A stretch of 64,000 nucleotides of DNA, taken from Candidatus Undinarchaeota archaeon. Lineage in GTDB: Archaea; Undinarchaeota; Undinarchaeia; Undinarchaeales; UBA543. Below, in pieces: positions 1 to 9,054 of this stretch; positions within the stretch are counted from its first letter, which is position 1; every line of letters starts with the position of its first letter. The DNA is taken from NCBI GenBank assembly GCA_964567575.1, contig CAZMMZ010000001.1:35800-99799 (forward strand), written 5' to 3'. The notes beneath the pieces are model-generated. The model ran no database searches, was not told where the DNA came from, and worked only from the letters and a program-made list of their open reading frames with translations. The position numbers and the translations under genes are program-made.

Positions 1-221
1 CCACTTAAAATCGCTAGGCCGTGATGAAGTGTTCTCATAATAACAGAAATTAAAAGAGCAAGAACAAATCCGAACAAGAGATAATGTTCAAAGCTTGTCA
101 TCTTGCTTGGACGTTTAATTAAGAAAATGAAGAACATTCCAAGAATACTTGAAACAATAGGAAACGCAAAACAAAGTGGTGAAAAGTGCGCTTTTACATT
201 TTTGAAAGTTTTTGCAATCAT
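1..221 (-). CDS. membrane protein, C-terminal part beyond window edge
   Basis: ATG at 221-219 overlaps the TGA of the upstream radical SAM gene (ATGA). Hand translation MIAKTFKNVKAHFSPLCFAFPIVSSILGMFFIFLIK... is hydrophobic and open to the window edge. Confidence 0.4.
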   Translation of the reverse strand, partial: MIAKTFKNVKAHFSPLCFAFPIVSSILGMFFIFLIKRPSKMTSFEHYLLFGFVLALLISVIMRTLHHGLAILS

Positions 222-1297
222 TTTTTTAATTCAATGGGTGTCTGTTCGAAGTCCCATGGTTTCCATATAGGGTATTCTTCTGTTATATATGCTTTTATTT
301 TGTTCTCTTTAGCAATCTTTTTTGCCAGCGCAGGAGTGGTTTCAATGCGATTTCTTGCAGAATTATAGAACACTCGCTTGCCATACTCCTTAGCAATTTC
401 CTCATACTGTGCTTTTGTCCCACCTTCAACAGTTCCTTTGAGAAGATGTCCTTCTGGTGTGATTCTTTCAAATTCTTTTTTGAGGTTTCTTGCTCGGCGT
501 TTGATTCTGTTTGTTAATTGAACTGCATTCTTGAAATACACAGGACAATAATGAACTTTCAAATTATTTTTCTCAGCGCAGTAATTAATAATTTCTTTTG
601 AAAATTCTTCAGAACCTTTAACACGATAGGATAATTCATTTATTGGTTCGTAACCGCGATCAGCTAAGGCATTCCAATTAGTGTCTGAAAATTCTAATTC
701 ATTTAAATTAAGGAACTCAATATTATTTTCCGCGCAGTAATCCACAATTTCAAAAATCTCATCGCGCATATCAGGAATTGCAGGGATTTCAACACCAGTT
801 GTTATTTTAGATTTCAATGCTGGAAGAATTCGCTCTTTGTTTGGACCAAACAAGTGGAAACGAATTTCATCAAGGCCAGCATCTTCAAGCTTTTTGATAT
901 TTGCTTCAGTTGCCATATCACCCAAAGTGTATAAGTGAATGTGAAAGTTTTCTCCGAATTCTTTTTTGAGAAGTTTGATGTATTGAACACATTTGTCAAT
1001 TTCAAGAAGCGGCTCGCCACCAGTTAGGCTTGCACCACGCGCAGACATTTCTTTAGCTTCTGTAATTAAATCAGAATCATTGCTAACTGGTCGCTCATTT
1101 GCATAAACTTGATCCTTACCACTGCGCTCATGAGAAATTGGACAATAGAAACAATCGCGAGGACACTTGCCAGTAATAAAGATAACCATCTTTGCACCGG
1201 GCCAGCAAAGTTTGCAACCGCGCACTAGCTCGCCACAATAAACTGAAGTGTTTTTGTCCTTGACAATCTCTCTAGGCATAGAGAATTGGTTATGCAA
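218..1297 (-). CDS. radical SAM domain protein (PFL-activase-related family)
   Basis: 359-aa ORF with a CxxxCxxC motif in GKCPRDCFYCPISHERSG. Confidence 0.75.
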   Translation of the reverse strand: MHNQFSMPREIVKDKNTSVYCGELVRGCKLCWPGAKMVIFITGKCPRDCFYCPISHERSGKDQVYANERPVSNDSDLITEAKEMSARGASLTGGEPLLEIDKCVQYIKLLKKEFGENFHIHLYTLGDMATEANIKKLEDAGLDEIRFHLFGPNKERILPALKSKITTGVEIPAIPDMRDEIFEIVDYCAENNIEFLNLNELEFSDTNWNALADRGYEPINELSYRVKGSEEFSKEIINYCAEKNNLKVHYCPVYFKNAVQLTNRIKRRARNLKKEFERITPEGHLLKGTVEGGTKAQYEEIAKEYGKRVFYNSARNRIETTPALAKKIAKENKIKAYITEEYPIWKPWDFEQTPIELKK

Positions 1298-1317
1298 ACT
1301 CTATTTAATTATATTGT

Positions 1318-2493
1318 CTAGTCTGTCAAACCTTTTTCACTCACTTTGAAGATTGCCTCGCCTTCTGGAAGGTGTGGACTGTCAATCAAACGAGCGATTC
1401 TCTTTCCACCTTTGCTCTTTCTCAGATAAAGTCGGAATGTTGCGCTGTGTCCGAGAATGTGACCACCAACAGGTTTTGTTGGATCACCAAAGAACATATC
1501 TGGTTTAGACATGACCTGGTTTGTTACATAAACTGCGCAATTATAAACATCTGCAAGTCTGTGAAGCGTGCTCAAGTGCCGATTTAGTTTCTGTTGTCTT
1601 GTTGCAAGAGTTCCACGACCAACATATTCAGATCTGAACAAAGACATCAAAGAATCAACAATAACTAATCTTATGTTTCCATCTCTGATATGTTGCTCTG
1701 CCTGTTCAGCCATAAGCATTTGGTCATCAGAACTGTAAGCTCGCGCCACTTTAATATTCTTCAACGCTTCCTCTGGATTAACTCCAAGAGTTTCGGCCAT
1801 TTGAATAACACGTTCTGGTCGGAAAGTGTGTTCTGTATCAATATACAAACACTCTGCACCAAGTCCACCTTTCTCAACAGGAAGTTGAACAGTAACTGCG
1901 AGTTGCATGGCAATTTGAGATTTTCCTGAACCAAATTCTCCAAATGCTTCTGTGATTGCTTGTGTCTCAAGACCACCACCAAGAAGTTTGTCGAATTCTT
2001 CAGAACCAGTTGTTAATCTACCAATAACTTTTCGTTTCTCCATGAGTTTGTCTGCAGACTCGAAACCCATATCACATTTGTCTTTAGCAATTCCAATAAT
2101 TTTCTTTGCTTTTGCTTCGCTAATATCAGCAGCATCAGCAAGATCCCCAGGAGCGCAAGTTGCAATAGCTTTAACTTCTTTGTATCCAGCTTCTTCAAGT
2201 TTCTTTGCAGTTGCTGGACCAATTCCAGTTAAGACTTCTAAACCCTCATCCTCTTCTTCTTCGTCCTCATCCTCTTCTTCAGATTCTTTCAGTTCTTCAG
2301 CCAATTCTTCAACTGGTTCTTCTTCTGTTTTCTCTTCTTTTTCTGATGAGTCTTCCTCTTCTTTTGGGGCTTCAGTTGATTCTTCAGTTTCTTCTTTGAC
2401 TTCTTCAGCATCCTCTTTAGGAGCGTCTTCAGTCTTTTTTTCTTCATCGTATGTTAGTTCATCTTCTGTCATTTTTGTTACCTCACTATTCAA
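1318..2493 (-). CDS. radA: DNA repair and recombination protein RadA with an ~80-aa acidic N-terminal extension
   Basis: HhH segment [20 protein letters not shown], Walker [10 protein letters not shown], and a RecA-fold core ([19 protein letters not shown]). N-terminus is Glu/Asp-rich low complexity. Confidence 0.9.
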   Translation of the reverse strand: MNSEVTKMTEDELTYDEEKKTEDAPKEDAEEVKEETEESTEAPKEEEDSSEKEEKTEEEPVEELAEELKESEEEDEDEEEEDEGLEVLTGIGPATAKKLEEAGYKEVKAIATCAPGDLADAADISEAKAKKIIGIAKDKCDMGFESADKLMEKRKVIGRLTTGSEEFDKLLGGGLETQAITEAFGEFGSGKSQIAMQLAVTVQLPVEKGGLGAECLYIDTEHTFRPERVIQMAETLGVNPEEALKNIKVARAYSSDDQMLMAEQAEQHIRDGNIRLVIVDSLMSLFRSEYVGRGTLATRQQKLNRHLSTLHRLADVYNCAVYVTNQVMSKPDMFFGDPTKPVGGHILGHSATFRLYLRKSKGGKRIARLIDSPHLPEGEAIFKVSEKGLTD

Positions 2494-3814
2494 GAAGCTT
2501 TTTGGCTTCCTCTACAGGGTCAGATATACTGACCTTGAAAGCATTAAATTCCATTCGCTCGTATTGTTCATTCTTTTTTGCACGCCCTTCGAACAACATC
2601 TCTTTTCCAATAAGAGATTCTATTTTTGATTTCACAGAGTCTGGGCTGGCTTCGATTTCTTCAGCTTTCATTCCAAGCATTTCCTCAGCAGCGTCTCTAA
2701 ATAGTGAGATGCGTATCGTTCCTGTGCCATCATCAATCATTGTGTTAACAATGGTAAGTTTATTTGGTTTAACTTCTCCACATTTCTCACAGGTGCCAGT
2801 AATTTTCTTATTGCAATTTGGACACATGTCGTAAACAAAATTATCTCCGTAAATGTTTGTGACCATTCCGCGGATTGCTTTGTAATTATCACCATCTTGA
2901 AGATCACTAATTTTAATTTCTTGACTATCTGCGTGCTCTCCGATTTCTGGAACTTTAATTCCTTTTGGATTGATTTTAATTTTCGTTCCTTGGTTTGCTT
3001 GGATTTCAATTCCGCGCTGACCTTCTTTTGTAAATCCGTTTTCAATTTTTACAATTTTTCCAACTTCAAGTTTCTCAATGATATCTGCCTGTTCGTTCCA
3101 AAGAACCAGCCGGGTTCCGCCAGTTCCGTCATTCACAATAACATTTGCAACTTTTCCTTTGTTGCCGTTTTTGTCAAACTCTCGCACACCCCAATTGTGT
3201 GTAATCCTTGCTGCAACTGTTGTGTTCATTCCTGGTTTCAGTTCTGAGATTTTTGAAAATATAACTGGAGCTTTTTTTGGAATTTCTTTTGTATCAACAT
3301 CATCAGGATTAATAACAACCATTCCTTTGTTTCCAAGATTGATTTCGTAGCCGCCTTTCCATCCCTCGCGGATGTATCCGTTTTTGATTTGGATAATTGA
3401 ACCTTCTTTGAGATTTCCGTTTTCAACCTGATCTATATCTGAAGCATTCCACAAAACTGCGCGGATACTTCCGGTTTCGTCATAGAGTTCTAGATTGCAG
3501 ACTTTATTTTTCAAACCTTTCTTTGTTGTGAATTCTCGCGGCTCTGAAATGAATTTGATTCGGCCAGTTGTTGTGACTGCGCGCATGTCAGGCATAATAT
3601 CTTTTATTTTCATTTGCGCTGTTTCAATAACTCTGTTCTGGGTTTTGACTCCAAGTTCATTAGCAATAATAAATGCAGCTCCTTCTTCAGAAACTAATCC
3701 AGAAAGCTCATGCTGCTTTTCTCTTATTCTTTGTCTAAGCTCGCCTTTCTGCAAGCCGGTCTTCTCTGAGACTGTATTGATTAGATCCTCTATCCTCCCC
3801 ATAACAAACGGCAT
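2486..3814 (-). CDS. rpa: replication protein A (ssDNA-binding, multiple OB folds plus zinc ribbon)
   Basis: 442-aa ORF with repeated OB-like segments ([12 protein letters not shown]..., [12 protein letters not shown]...) and [16 protein letters not shown]. Its stop overlaps the radA start by 8 nt. Confidence 0.8.
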   Translation of the reverse strand: MPFVMGRIEDLINTVSEKTGLQKGELRQRIREKQHELSGLVSEEGAAFIIANELGVKTQNRVIETAQMKIKDIMPDMRAVTTTGRIKFISEPREFTTKKGLKNKVCNLELYDETGSIRAVLWNASDIDQVENGNLKEGSIIQIKNGYIREGWKGGYEINLGNKGMVVINPDDVDTKEIPKKAPVIFSKISELKPGMNTTVAARITHNWGVREFDKNGNKGKVANVIVNDGTGGTRLVLWNEQADIIEKLEVGKIVKIENGFTKEGQRGIEIQANQGTKIKINPKGIKVPEIGEHADSQEIKISDLQDGDNYKAIRGMVTNIYGDNFVYDMCPNCNKKITGTCEKCGEVKPNKLTIVNTMIDDGTGTIRISLFRDAAEEMLGMKAEEIEASPDSVKSKIESLIGKEMLFEGRAKKNEQYERMEFNAFKVSISDPVEEAKKLLE

Positions 3815-3946
3815 AATATGTCGTGCTATTTAAATTTTCGTTAACTAGTTAAGAGAAACTGGGGCGTATGTCACTGGTTTTATAAAGGAGAATAAGATTT
3901 GAGATTTCCGTTACCTTAATAAAAGTCCGAGACCATAGTAACGCCA

Positions 3947-4696
3947 ATGAGAAGGACAATTGAAGCCGCGCTTTTCATCAGCGGCCGACCAATGACATTA
4001 CACGAACTCGCAGCTATTGCTACAACTAGTTCTCTTCAGAAAGTTAAGGAAGCAGTGTTGAGTCTAAAAGATGAATATCAGCAAAGAGAATCACCAATTC
4101 GAATTTATCAATTAGAAGATGAGCGCTACAAGATGACATTGCATGGCGATTATCTAAAACAGGTTCGGGCTCTTGCGCCACATATGGATATGAAACGCGC
4201 AGTTGTAAGTGTTCTTTCCCACATTGCACTCAAACAAGTTGTTACACAATCCGAGCTTGTTCACAAATTTGGAAATCGTGTTTATGAATATATGAGAGAT
4301 TTAGAAAAGCGTGGGCTTGTCAGAACCGAGCCGTACCGGCACACAAAGAAGATTACAACAACTAAGAAATTATATGCACTTCTTGGAGAAGAAGATTCTG
4401 GTAGTGTTAAAGTTCAGCTTGAAACTGCAAAAGCAGAATTAGAAGCAGAAAAACAAGCAAGAATGGATGCACTAAAACCAGAATACAAAACTCGCGCAAA
4501 TAGGAAACGCCCAACGAAACTCCCAGAAAAAGATTTGACTCCAGAAGATTGGATGGCTAGAATAAAAACAGAAAAAGCAACTTCTCTTTCAAAACAAATG
4601 GAACAATTTGAAAAGAAATCCAGTAAAAAGAAAGATGATATGGAAGATGATTATATGGAAGTCTTTGAATTGAAAGGTGGGGATGGAGAAAATTAA
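3947..4696 (+). CDS. scpB: segregation and condensation protein B-like (ScpB)
   Basis: N-terminus IEAALFISGRPMTLHELAAI and a second winged-helix segment VLSHIALKQVVTQSELVHKFG fit the ScpB pattern. C-terminus is a charged tail. Confidence 0.7.
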   Translation: MRRTIEAALFISGRPMTLHELAAIATTSSLQKVKEAVLSLKDEYQQRESPIRIYQLEDERYKMTLHGDYLKQVRALAPHMDMKRAVVSVLSHIALKQVVTQSELVHKFGNRVYEYMRDLEKRGLVRTEPYRHTKKITTTKKLYALLGEEDSGSVKVQLETAKAELEAEKQARMDALKPEYKTRANRKRPTKLPEKDLTPEDWMARIKTEKATSLSKQMEQFEKKSSKKKDDMEDDYMEVFELKGGDGEN

Positions 4697-4702
4697 ACAA
4701 AA

Positions 4703-4924
4703 ATGACAGATGTTTTAAAAGATACAACGATGGGCATAATAGGAATTATATTATTAATACTTGCGATTCTTTTCTTGTTTGTTGGAGTTTTTTTCATGTT
4801 TCTTGGAAGTATGAGAAATGAAACTTTTGGGATAGTGGCAGGATTAATAATATTTATTTTAGGAGTTGGAATGTTAGTTGCGTCAAGAATGCGACTTTTT
4901 GCCATGAGGATTTTTGTTAGATAA
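4703..4924 (+). CDS. small membrane protein (2 TM)
   Basis: 73-aa hydrophobic ORF starting 7 nt after the scpB stop. An antisense ORF of similar size exists, so strand choice rests on synteny. Confidence 0.4.
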   Translation: MTDVLKDTTMGIIGIILLILAILFLFVGVFFMFLGSMRNETFGIVAGLIIFILGVGMLVASRMRLFAMRIFVR

Positions 4925-4982
4925 TATTAGAGAATCGTGTTGAGTAATTAGTTATAAAAACCTCCCCACGTACTATTTTCTT

Positions 4983-6638
4983 GTGAAAAAACAACTAACC
5001 TCTTTGGATTTGTTTTATCTTGTTAAAGAATTACAGGACCTAGCTGGCGCGCGGGTTCAGAAAATTTATCAAGATGGAGATTCGGTTTATCTTGTTGTTT
5101 ATGGTGGTCAAGTAAAACAAACACTTGTTCTTGCGCCAAATCGAATTACAGTAACTGAATATGAACATGAATTCCCAAAACAACCAGCAGGATTTTGCAT
5201 GCTTCTTCGAAAGCATTTAATTAACAAACGGATTATTAGTATCAAACAACACGAATTCGAAAGGATTGTTGAAATTGAATTCGCTGACAGATTTTTAATT
5301 GTTGAATTATTCTCTGATGGAAATGTAATACTAACTGATAAAAATACTGGAGAAATTATCAAGCCACTTCACACGCAACGATGGAAGGATCGTGAAGTTC
5401 TATCACGGCACCCATACCAGTATCCTCCGGCCGGAGGAATCAATACATCTGTATTGAAAAAAGAAGATGCAATTAAAATTTTGAAAGAATCTGAAAAAGA
5501 TTTAGTCAGAACTCTTGCAACTAAATTTTCTCTTGGAGGAAATTATGCAGAAGAAGTTCTTTACAGAGCAGATGTTTACGGTGACAACATGGGTTCAGAA
5601 TTAAATGACAAAACGCTTGAGAAAATTTACAATCACACCAAAGAACTTTTCGAGCAAGTGCCAGCCCCGCAACTTTATGCAAAGAAAGGTCTTGTAACTC
5701 CATTCATTTTAAAGAAAGAAGAGGAACAACCAAAAAGCTATGCAACTCTTTCACAATCTGCAGATGAGTTCTTTAAAGAAACTGTCGTAATTCGTGACAA
5801 GCACGATAATCTTGAACATCGTTTGCTTGAACAAAAAGAAACTTTAAAGAAACTTGGGAAAGATGAAACCAAATATAAAAAAGAAGGTGACGATCTTTCG
5901 CAAGAACAAAAATTCAAAGAAGCTAATGCTGCGTATCAAAAATCCAAAAAAGCAAAGAAAAAAGAAACGGGATTGAAAGAAGCAATTACAAAAACAGAGA
6001 AGGATTTGAAAAAAGCACAGGTTGTTGTAAAAGAACCAAAGAAGAAAGAAATTGTAAAACAGGAATGGTATGAGAAGTTCCGTTGGTTCAAAACATCAGA
6101 TGATTATTTAGTAATTGGGGGAAAAGACGCAACAAGCAACGACATTGTTGTGAAGAAACACGCAGGTAAATTAGATATTGTATTCCACGCTCAAATTATT
6201 GGCGCACCGTTTTGTGTAATTAAAGTAGAAAAGAAAAAGAAAGTTCCAGAAACCACAATTGAAGAAGCTGCACAATTTGCTGCATCATATTCAAAAGCAT
6301 GGCAACAAGGACTTGGCACAGTTGATGTTTTCTGGGTTTACCCAGATCAATTGAAAAAAGAAGTTGGTTTGAAAGCTGGAGCATTTATGGTTCACGGTAA
6401 ACACAATTACCTGCATAGTGTTGTTCTTGAATTAGCATTCGGTCTTGATAAAGATAGAAAATTAATTCATGGACCAGTAAAGATGGTTGAGAAAATTACA
6501 AAACAATTTGTTAGAGTTCAGCCAGGTCGTGTTAAAGCTGGGGAATTAGCAAAGAAAATCAAACACAAATTACGATACGAAGGAAATGTTAATGATATTC
6601 AAAGATTTATTCCTGCTGGAAAAGGTAGATTAAAATAA
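4983..6638 (+). CDS. NFACT-family protein (Rqc2/FbpA-like ribosome quality-control factor homolog)
   Basis: GTG start. N-terminal LTSLDLFYLVKELQDLAGARVQKIYQ, a central Lys-rich coiled coil, and C-terminal WFKTSDDYLVIGGKDATSNDIVVKKH (NFACT-R/DUF814-like). Confidence 0.75.
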   Translation: MKKQLTSLDLFYLVKELQDLAGARVQKIYQDGDSVYLVVYGGQVKQTLVLAPNRITVTEYEHEFPKQPAGFCMLLRKHLINKRIISIKQHEFERIVEIEFADRFLIVELFSDGNVILTDKNTGEIIKPLHTQRWKDREVLSRHPYQYPPAGGINTSVLKKEDAIKILKESEKDLVRTLATKFSLGGNYAEEVLYRADVYGDNMGSELNDKTLEKIYNHTKELFEQVPAPQLYAKKGLVTPFILKKEEEQPKSYATLSQSADEFFKETVVIRDKHDNLEHRLLEQKETLKKLGKDETKYKKEGDDLSQEQKFKEANAAYQKSKKAKKKETGLKEAITKTEKDLKKAQVVVKEPKKKEIVKQEWYEKFRWFKTSDDYLVIGGKDATSNDIVVKKHAGKLDIVFHAQIIGAPFCVIKVEKKKKVPETTIEEAAQFAASYSKAWQQGLGTVDVFWVYPDQLKKEVGLKAGAFMVHGKHNYLHSVVLELAFGLDKDRKLIHGPVKMVEKITKQFVRVQPGRVKAGELAKKIKHKLRYEGNVNDIQRFIPAGKGRLK

Positions 6639-6641
6639 AAT

Positions 6642-6779
6642 TTACTTGGTTCCGGGATATACAAGTACAGTATTCTTGCTGCTTTTGCATCTTGGACATT
6701 TCGGCAACTTGTAGGGATATCCTTTTGGTTGTTTTGCATTAAATGGTTTTTTACATTTTTTATATTTCCACTTTGTCAA
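6642..6779 (-). CDS. possible small basic Cys-containing peptide (45 aa, TTG start)
   Basis: Hand translation MTKWKYKKCKKPFNAKQPKGYPYKLPKCPRCKSSKNTVLVYPGTK. Only 3 Cys and a non-ATG start. Below the ORF-track size cutoff. Confidence 0.2.
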   Translation of the reverse strand: MTKWKYKKCKKPFNAKQPKGYPYKLPKCPRCKSSKNTVLVYPGTK

Positions 6780-6789
6780 GAATTGATCT

Positions 6790-7335
6790 CTAGTACCAAT
6801 CGTTTCCTCCAAATTCATCTGATGTCGGCCTCTTTCGTTTTACAGGTTTTAGTGATTCTTCTTTCTTTTCTTTTGCTTTAATGTTCTTATTTAGAGATAA
6901 TACTTCTTTGAATTTATCATATTTTGACTTTTTAATTGTATTAAATTTCACGACTTGTAATTCGTGTATCATATCTTGGTAAGTTTTGGTTTTGAAAAAA
7001 CGACTATTAATAATTTTTACTTCAAGAATAACATTATTATTTTTTAGAATATCAAGATTCATGGTGGCTCCAGTCTTAATCTTGCCCCCATCTAAAAATC
7101 CGAGTGTAAGAACAAGGGTGTGGGCTTTTTTATCATGTTGATAAGAACAGTATTGAAGTACGTCTTCTTTTTTTATTTCAACTGATTGGTGTTTTATTTC
7201 TTCTAAAAGTTGCTTGCGTTCTGCATCCCAAAAATGCTCTAGAAGATTTAGACGATGATCTCGTTTGGTCCATATCCAAACATCAAAATGATAATACTGC
7301 ACTTTCTCCAATACTTTTTTCTTTTCGGCCATCAA
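6790..7335 (-). CDS. hypothetical protein
   Basis: 181-aa ORF with no motif I recognise. Lys-rich C-terminal tail. Confidence 0.5.
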   Translation of the reverse strand: MMAEKKKVLEKVQYYHFDVWIWTKRDHRLNLLEHFWDAERKQLLEEIKHQSVEIKKEDVLQYCSYQHDKKAHTLVLTLGFLDGGKIKTGATMNLDILKNNNVILEVKIINSRFFKTKTYQDMIHELQVVKFNTIKKSKYDKFKEVLSLNKNIKAKEKKEESLKPVKRKRPTSDEFGGNDWY

Positions 7336-7355
7336 TAAATACTGTATAAACTACT

Positions 7356-8534
7356 TTAAAACTCTTCCTTTTCTTCTGGCTCTGTTCGGAAAAATAGCTT
7401 AAGAAGAAGTGGAGATAGGAAAAGAGTGAGAACCATTGAAATGATTGTGACAGGAATTAAAATACTGTTAACGAACATACTTGAACCTGCTCCAAGAACT
7501 TGAGCAGCAATCACTAAGATTAACAATTGTTCCCCACCACGAGTCATCATTCCAATTGAAACACCAAGACTGTGTTTGAAAGAAGTTCCACCAAGTAAGC
7601 ATCCGAGCATGTTTCCGATTAGCTTCGCACCAAGACCAATTCCAATTAATATCCAAACTATTGCTGAAAGACTAAACATGCTTGGATCAATTTGCAAACC
7701 CATCCATGCAAAGAACAGTGGTGCAAAAACTCCGTAAGTGAATGATGCGATTTTTGGAGAGAAGCTTCCAGTTTTTAGATATGGAGAATATGCAAGTGCA
7801 ATTCCTGCAAAGAACGCTCCAACAACTGCAGCGAATCCGAGAATATCAGCAACATATGCAAGAAGCAGAATGAGAACAAAGCCAATTGCAAATTGCGCTT
7901 CTTCTGAACGCATGTGCTCACTGTATCGGATAATGTATGGAGAAATAACTTCCATACCAATGAAAATTAAGAAGAAAATTACAATCTTGCCAATTCCAAT
8001 TCCATAATCAACAATTCCATTTGCTCCGACAAGTGCAACAGTAAATGCGAGAATTGTGTAGAAAATGAAATCCTCAATTACTGTGGCGCTGATTATTATT
8101 TCAGAAACTTTTGAACGAAGTCGTTTGAGATCAACAATTGTTTTGATTGTATTTGGTGTGGATTCACCACCCATAATCAGGGCAAAGAAAATTGCATGAA
8201 CCATCCCAAGCCCAATTGATTTGAAAATAAAGTAAGAAGGAATCAGCACGAATAAAAACCCGAAAATCGCTAGGAAGAACCCGGTCTTTCCGGCTTGTTT
8301 CATTTTCTCCATGCTGAAATTAAATCCAACTAAGAACAATAATAAAATAATTCCGAGCATTGCCATATTCTCAATCGAACCGGGAGTAATAAGTTTGAGA
8401 ACTGCAGTCCCTAAAACAACCCCAGCTAAAATTTCACCAAGCAATGCAGGTAATTTAAATCGTTCAAAAATTTCACCAAAAACTTTTGCCAATAATAAAA
8501 GAAGAATTAAGGAAAGCAAAAAAGTAACAATCAT
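7356..8534 (-). CDS. cation:proton antiporter (CPA2/Kef-type Na+/H+ exchanger family)
   Basis: 392-aa polytopic membrane ORF. N-terminus LLLLAKVFGEIFERFKLPALLGEILAGVVLG is typical of the family. Confidence 0.8.
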   Translation of the reverse strand: MIVTFLLSLILLLLLAKVFGEIFERFKLPALLGEILAGVVLGTAVLKLITPGSIENMAMLGIILLLFLVGFNFSMEKMKQAGKTGFFLAIFGFLFVLIPSYFIFKSIGLGMVHAIFFALIMGGESTPNTIKTIVDLKRLRSKVSEIIISATVIEDFIFYTILAFTVALVGANGIVDYGIGIGKIVIFFLIFIGMEVISPYIIRYSEHMRSEEAQFAIGFVLILLLAYVADILGFAAVVGAFFAGIALAYSPYLKTGSFSPKIASFTYGVFAPLFFAWMGLQIDPSMFSLSAIVWILIGIGLGAKLIGNMLGCLLGGTSFKHSLGVSIGMMTRGGEQLLILVIAAQVLGAGSSMFVNSILIPVTIISMVLTLFLSPLLLKLFFRTEPEEKEEF

Positions 8535-8980
8535 TTCTTGCCCCCTTTGAGAATTTTATTAAGAAGTTCCATTTCTGTTATCATCCCAACAATTTTCTCT
8601 CCTTTGAGAACTGGAAGCGCATCGATATTGTGTTTGAACATTAAACTGACAACTTCTCTAACACTTGTTTCTGGGGTGACAGTAAGCTCGTGCCTGTGCA
8701 TTAAATCTTTTGCAGTTTCCGCAAAATATCCCATATCAACAATTCGACCAAACACCCCAGTAACTTCATCCCAAGAAATGTCCTTTGGGTCAATTAACAG
8801 TTTGAGAAGATCGTGTTGATGAATGTCGCCTACAAATTTTCCTTTTGAATTAACAACTGCAACTGCATCGGTTTTGGAACTGTTAAATGTTTTAATAACT
8901 TCAGAAATTTTCGCAGTCTCTTTAACAGTTTTGAAATTTCGCATAATATTTTTTACTTGAAGATTTGCAATATGGCGCAT
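8531..8980 (-). CDS. CBS domain pair protein
   Basis: 149 aa with two CBS-like repeats (VKNIMRNFKTV...AVAVVN, AKDLMHRHELTV...ALPVL). 4-nt overlap with the antiporter gene. Confidence 0.75.
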   Translation of the reverse strand: MRHIANLQVKNIMRNFKTVKETAKISEVIKTFNSSKTDAVAVVNSKGKFVGDIHQHDLLKLLIDPKDISWDEVTGVFGRIVDMGYFAETAKDLMHRHELTVTPETSVREVVSLMFKHNIDALPVLKGEKIVGMITEMELLNKILKGGKK

Positions 8981-9054
8981 ATTCTCACATAATTTCTGAT
9001 ACTATATAAGTGTTAGACAAAATGAATAAATAGAGAGAAGCCTACCGACAACAT

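Noticed and set aside
1952-2629. 225-aa Ser-rich ORF on the + strand, plus other + strand ORFs at 1372-2399
   Set aside because: This is an antisense shadow of the radA acidic low-complexity region (GAA/GAG read backwards gives Ser/Phe/Leu runs). radA on the minus strand has clear motifs.
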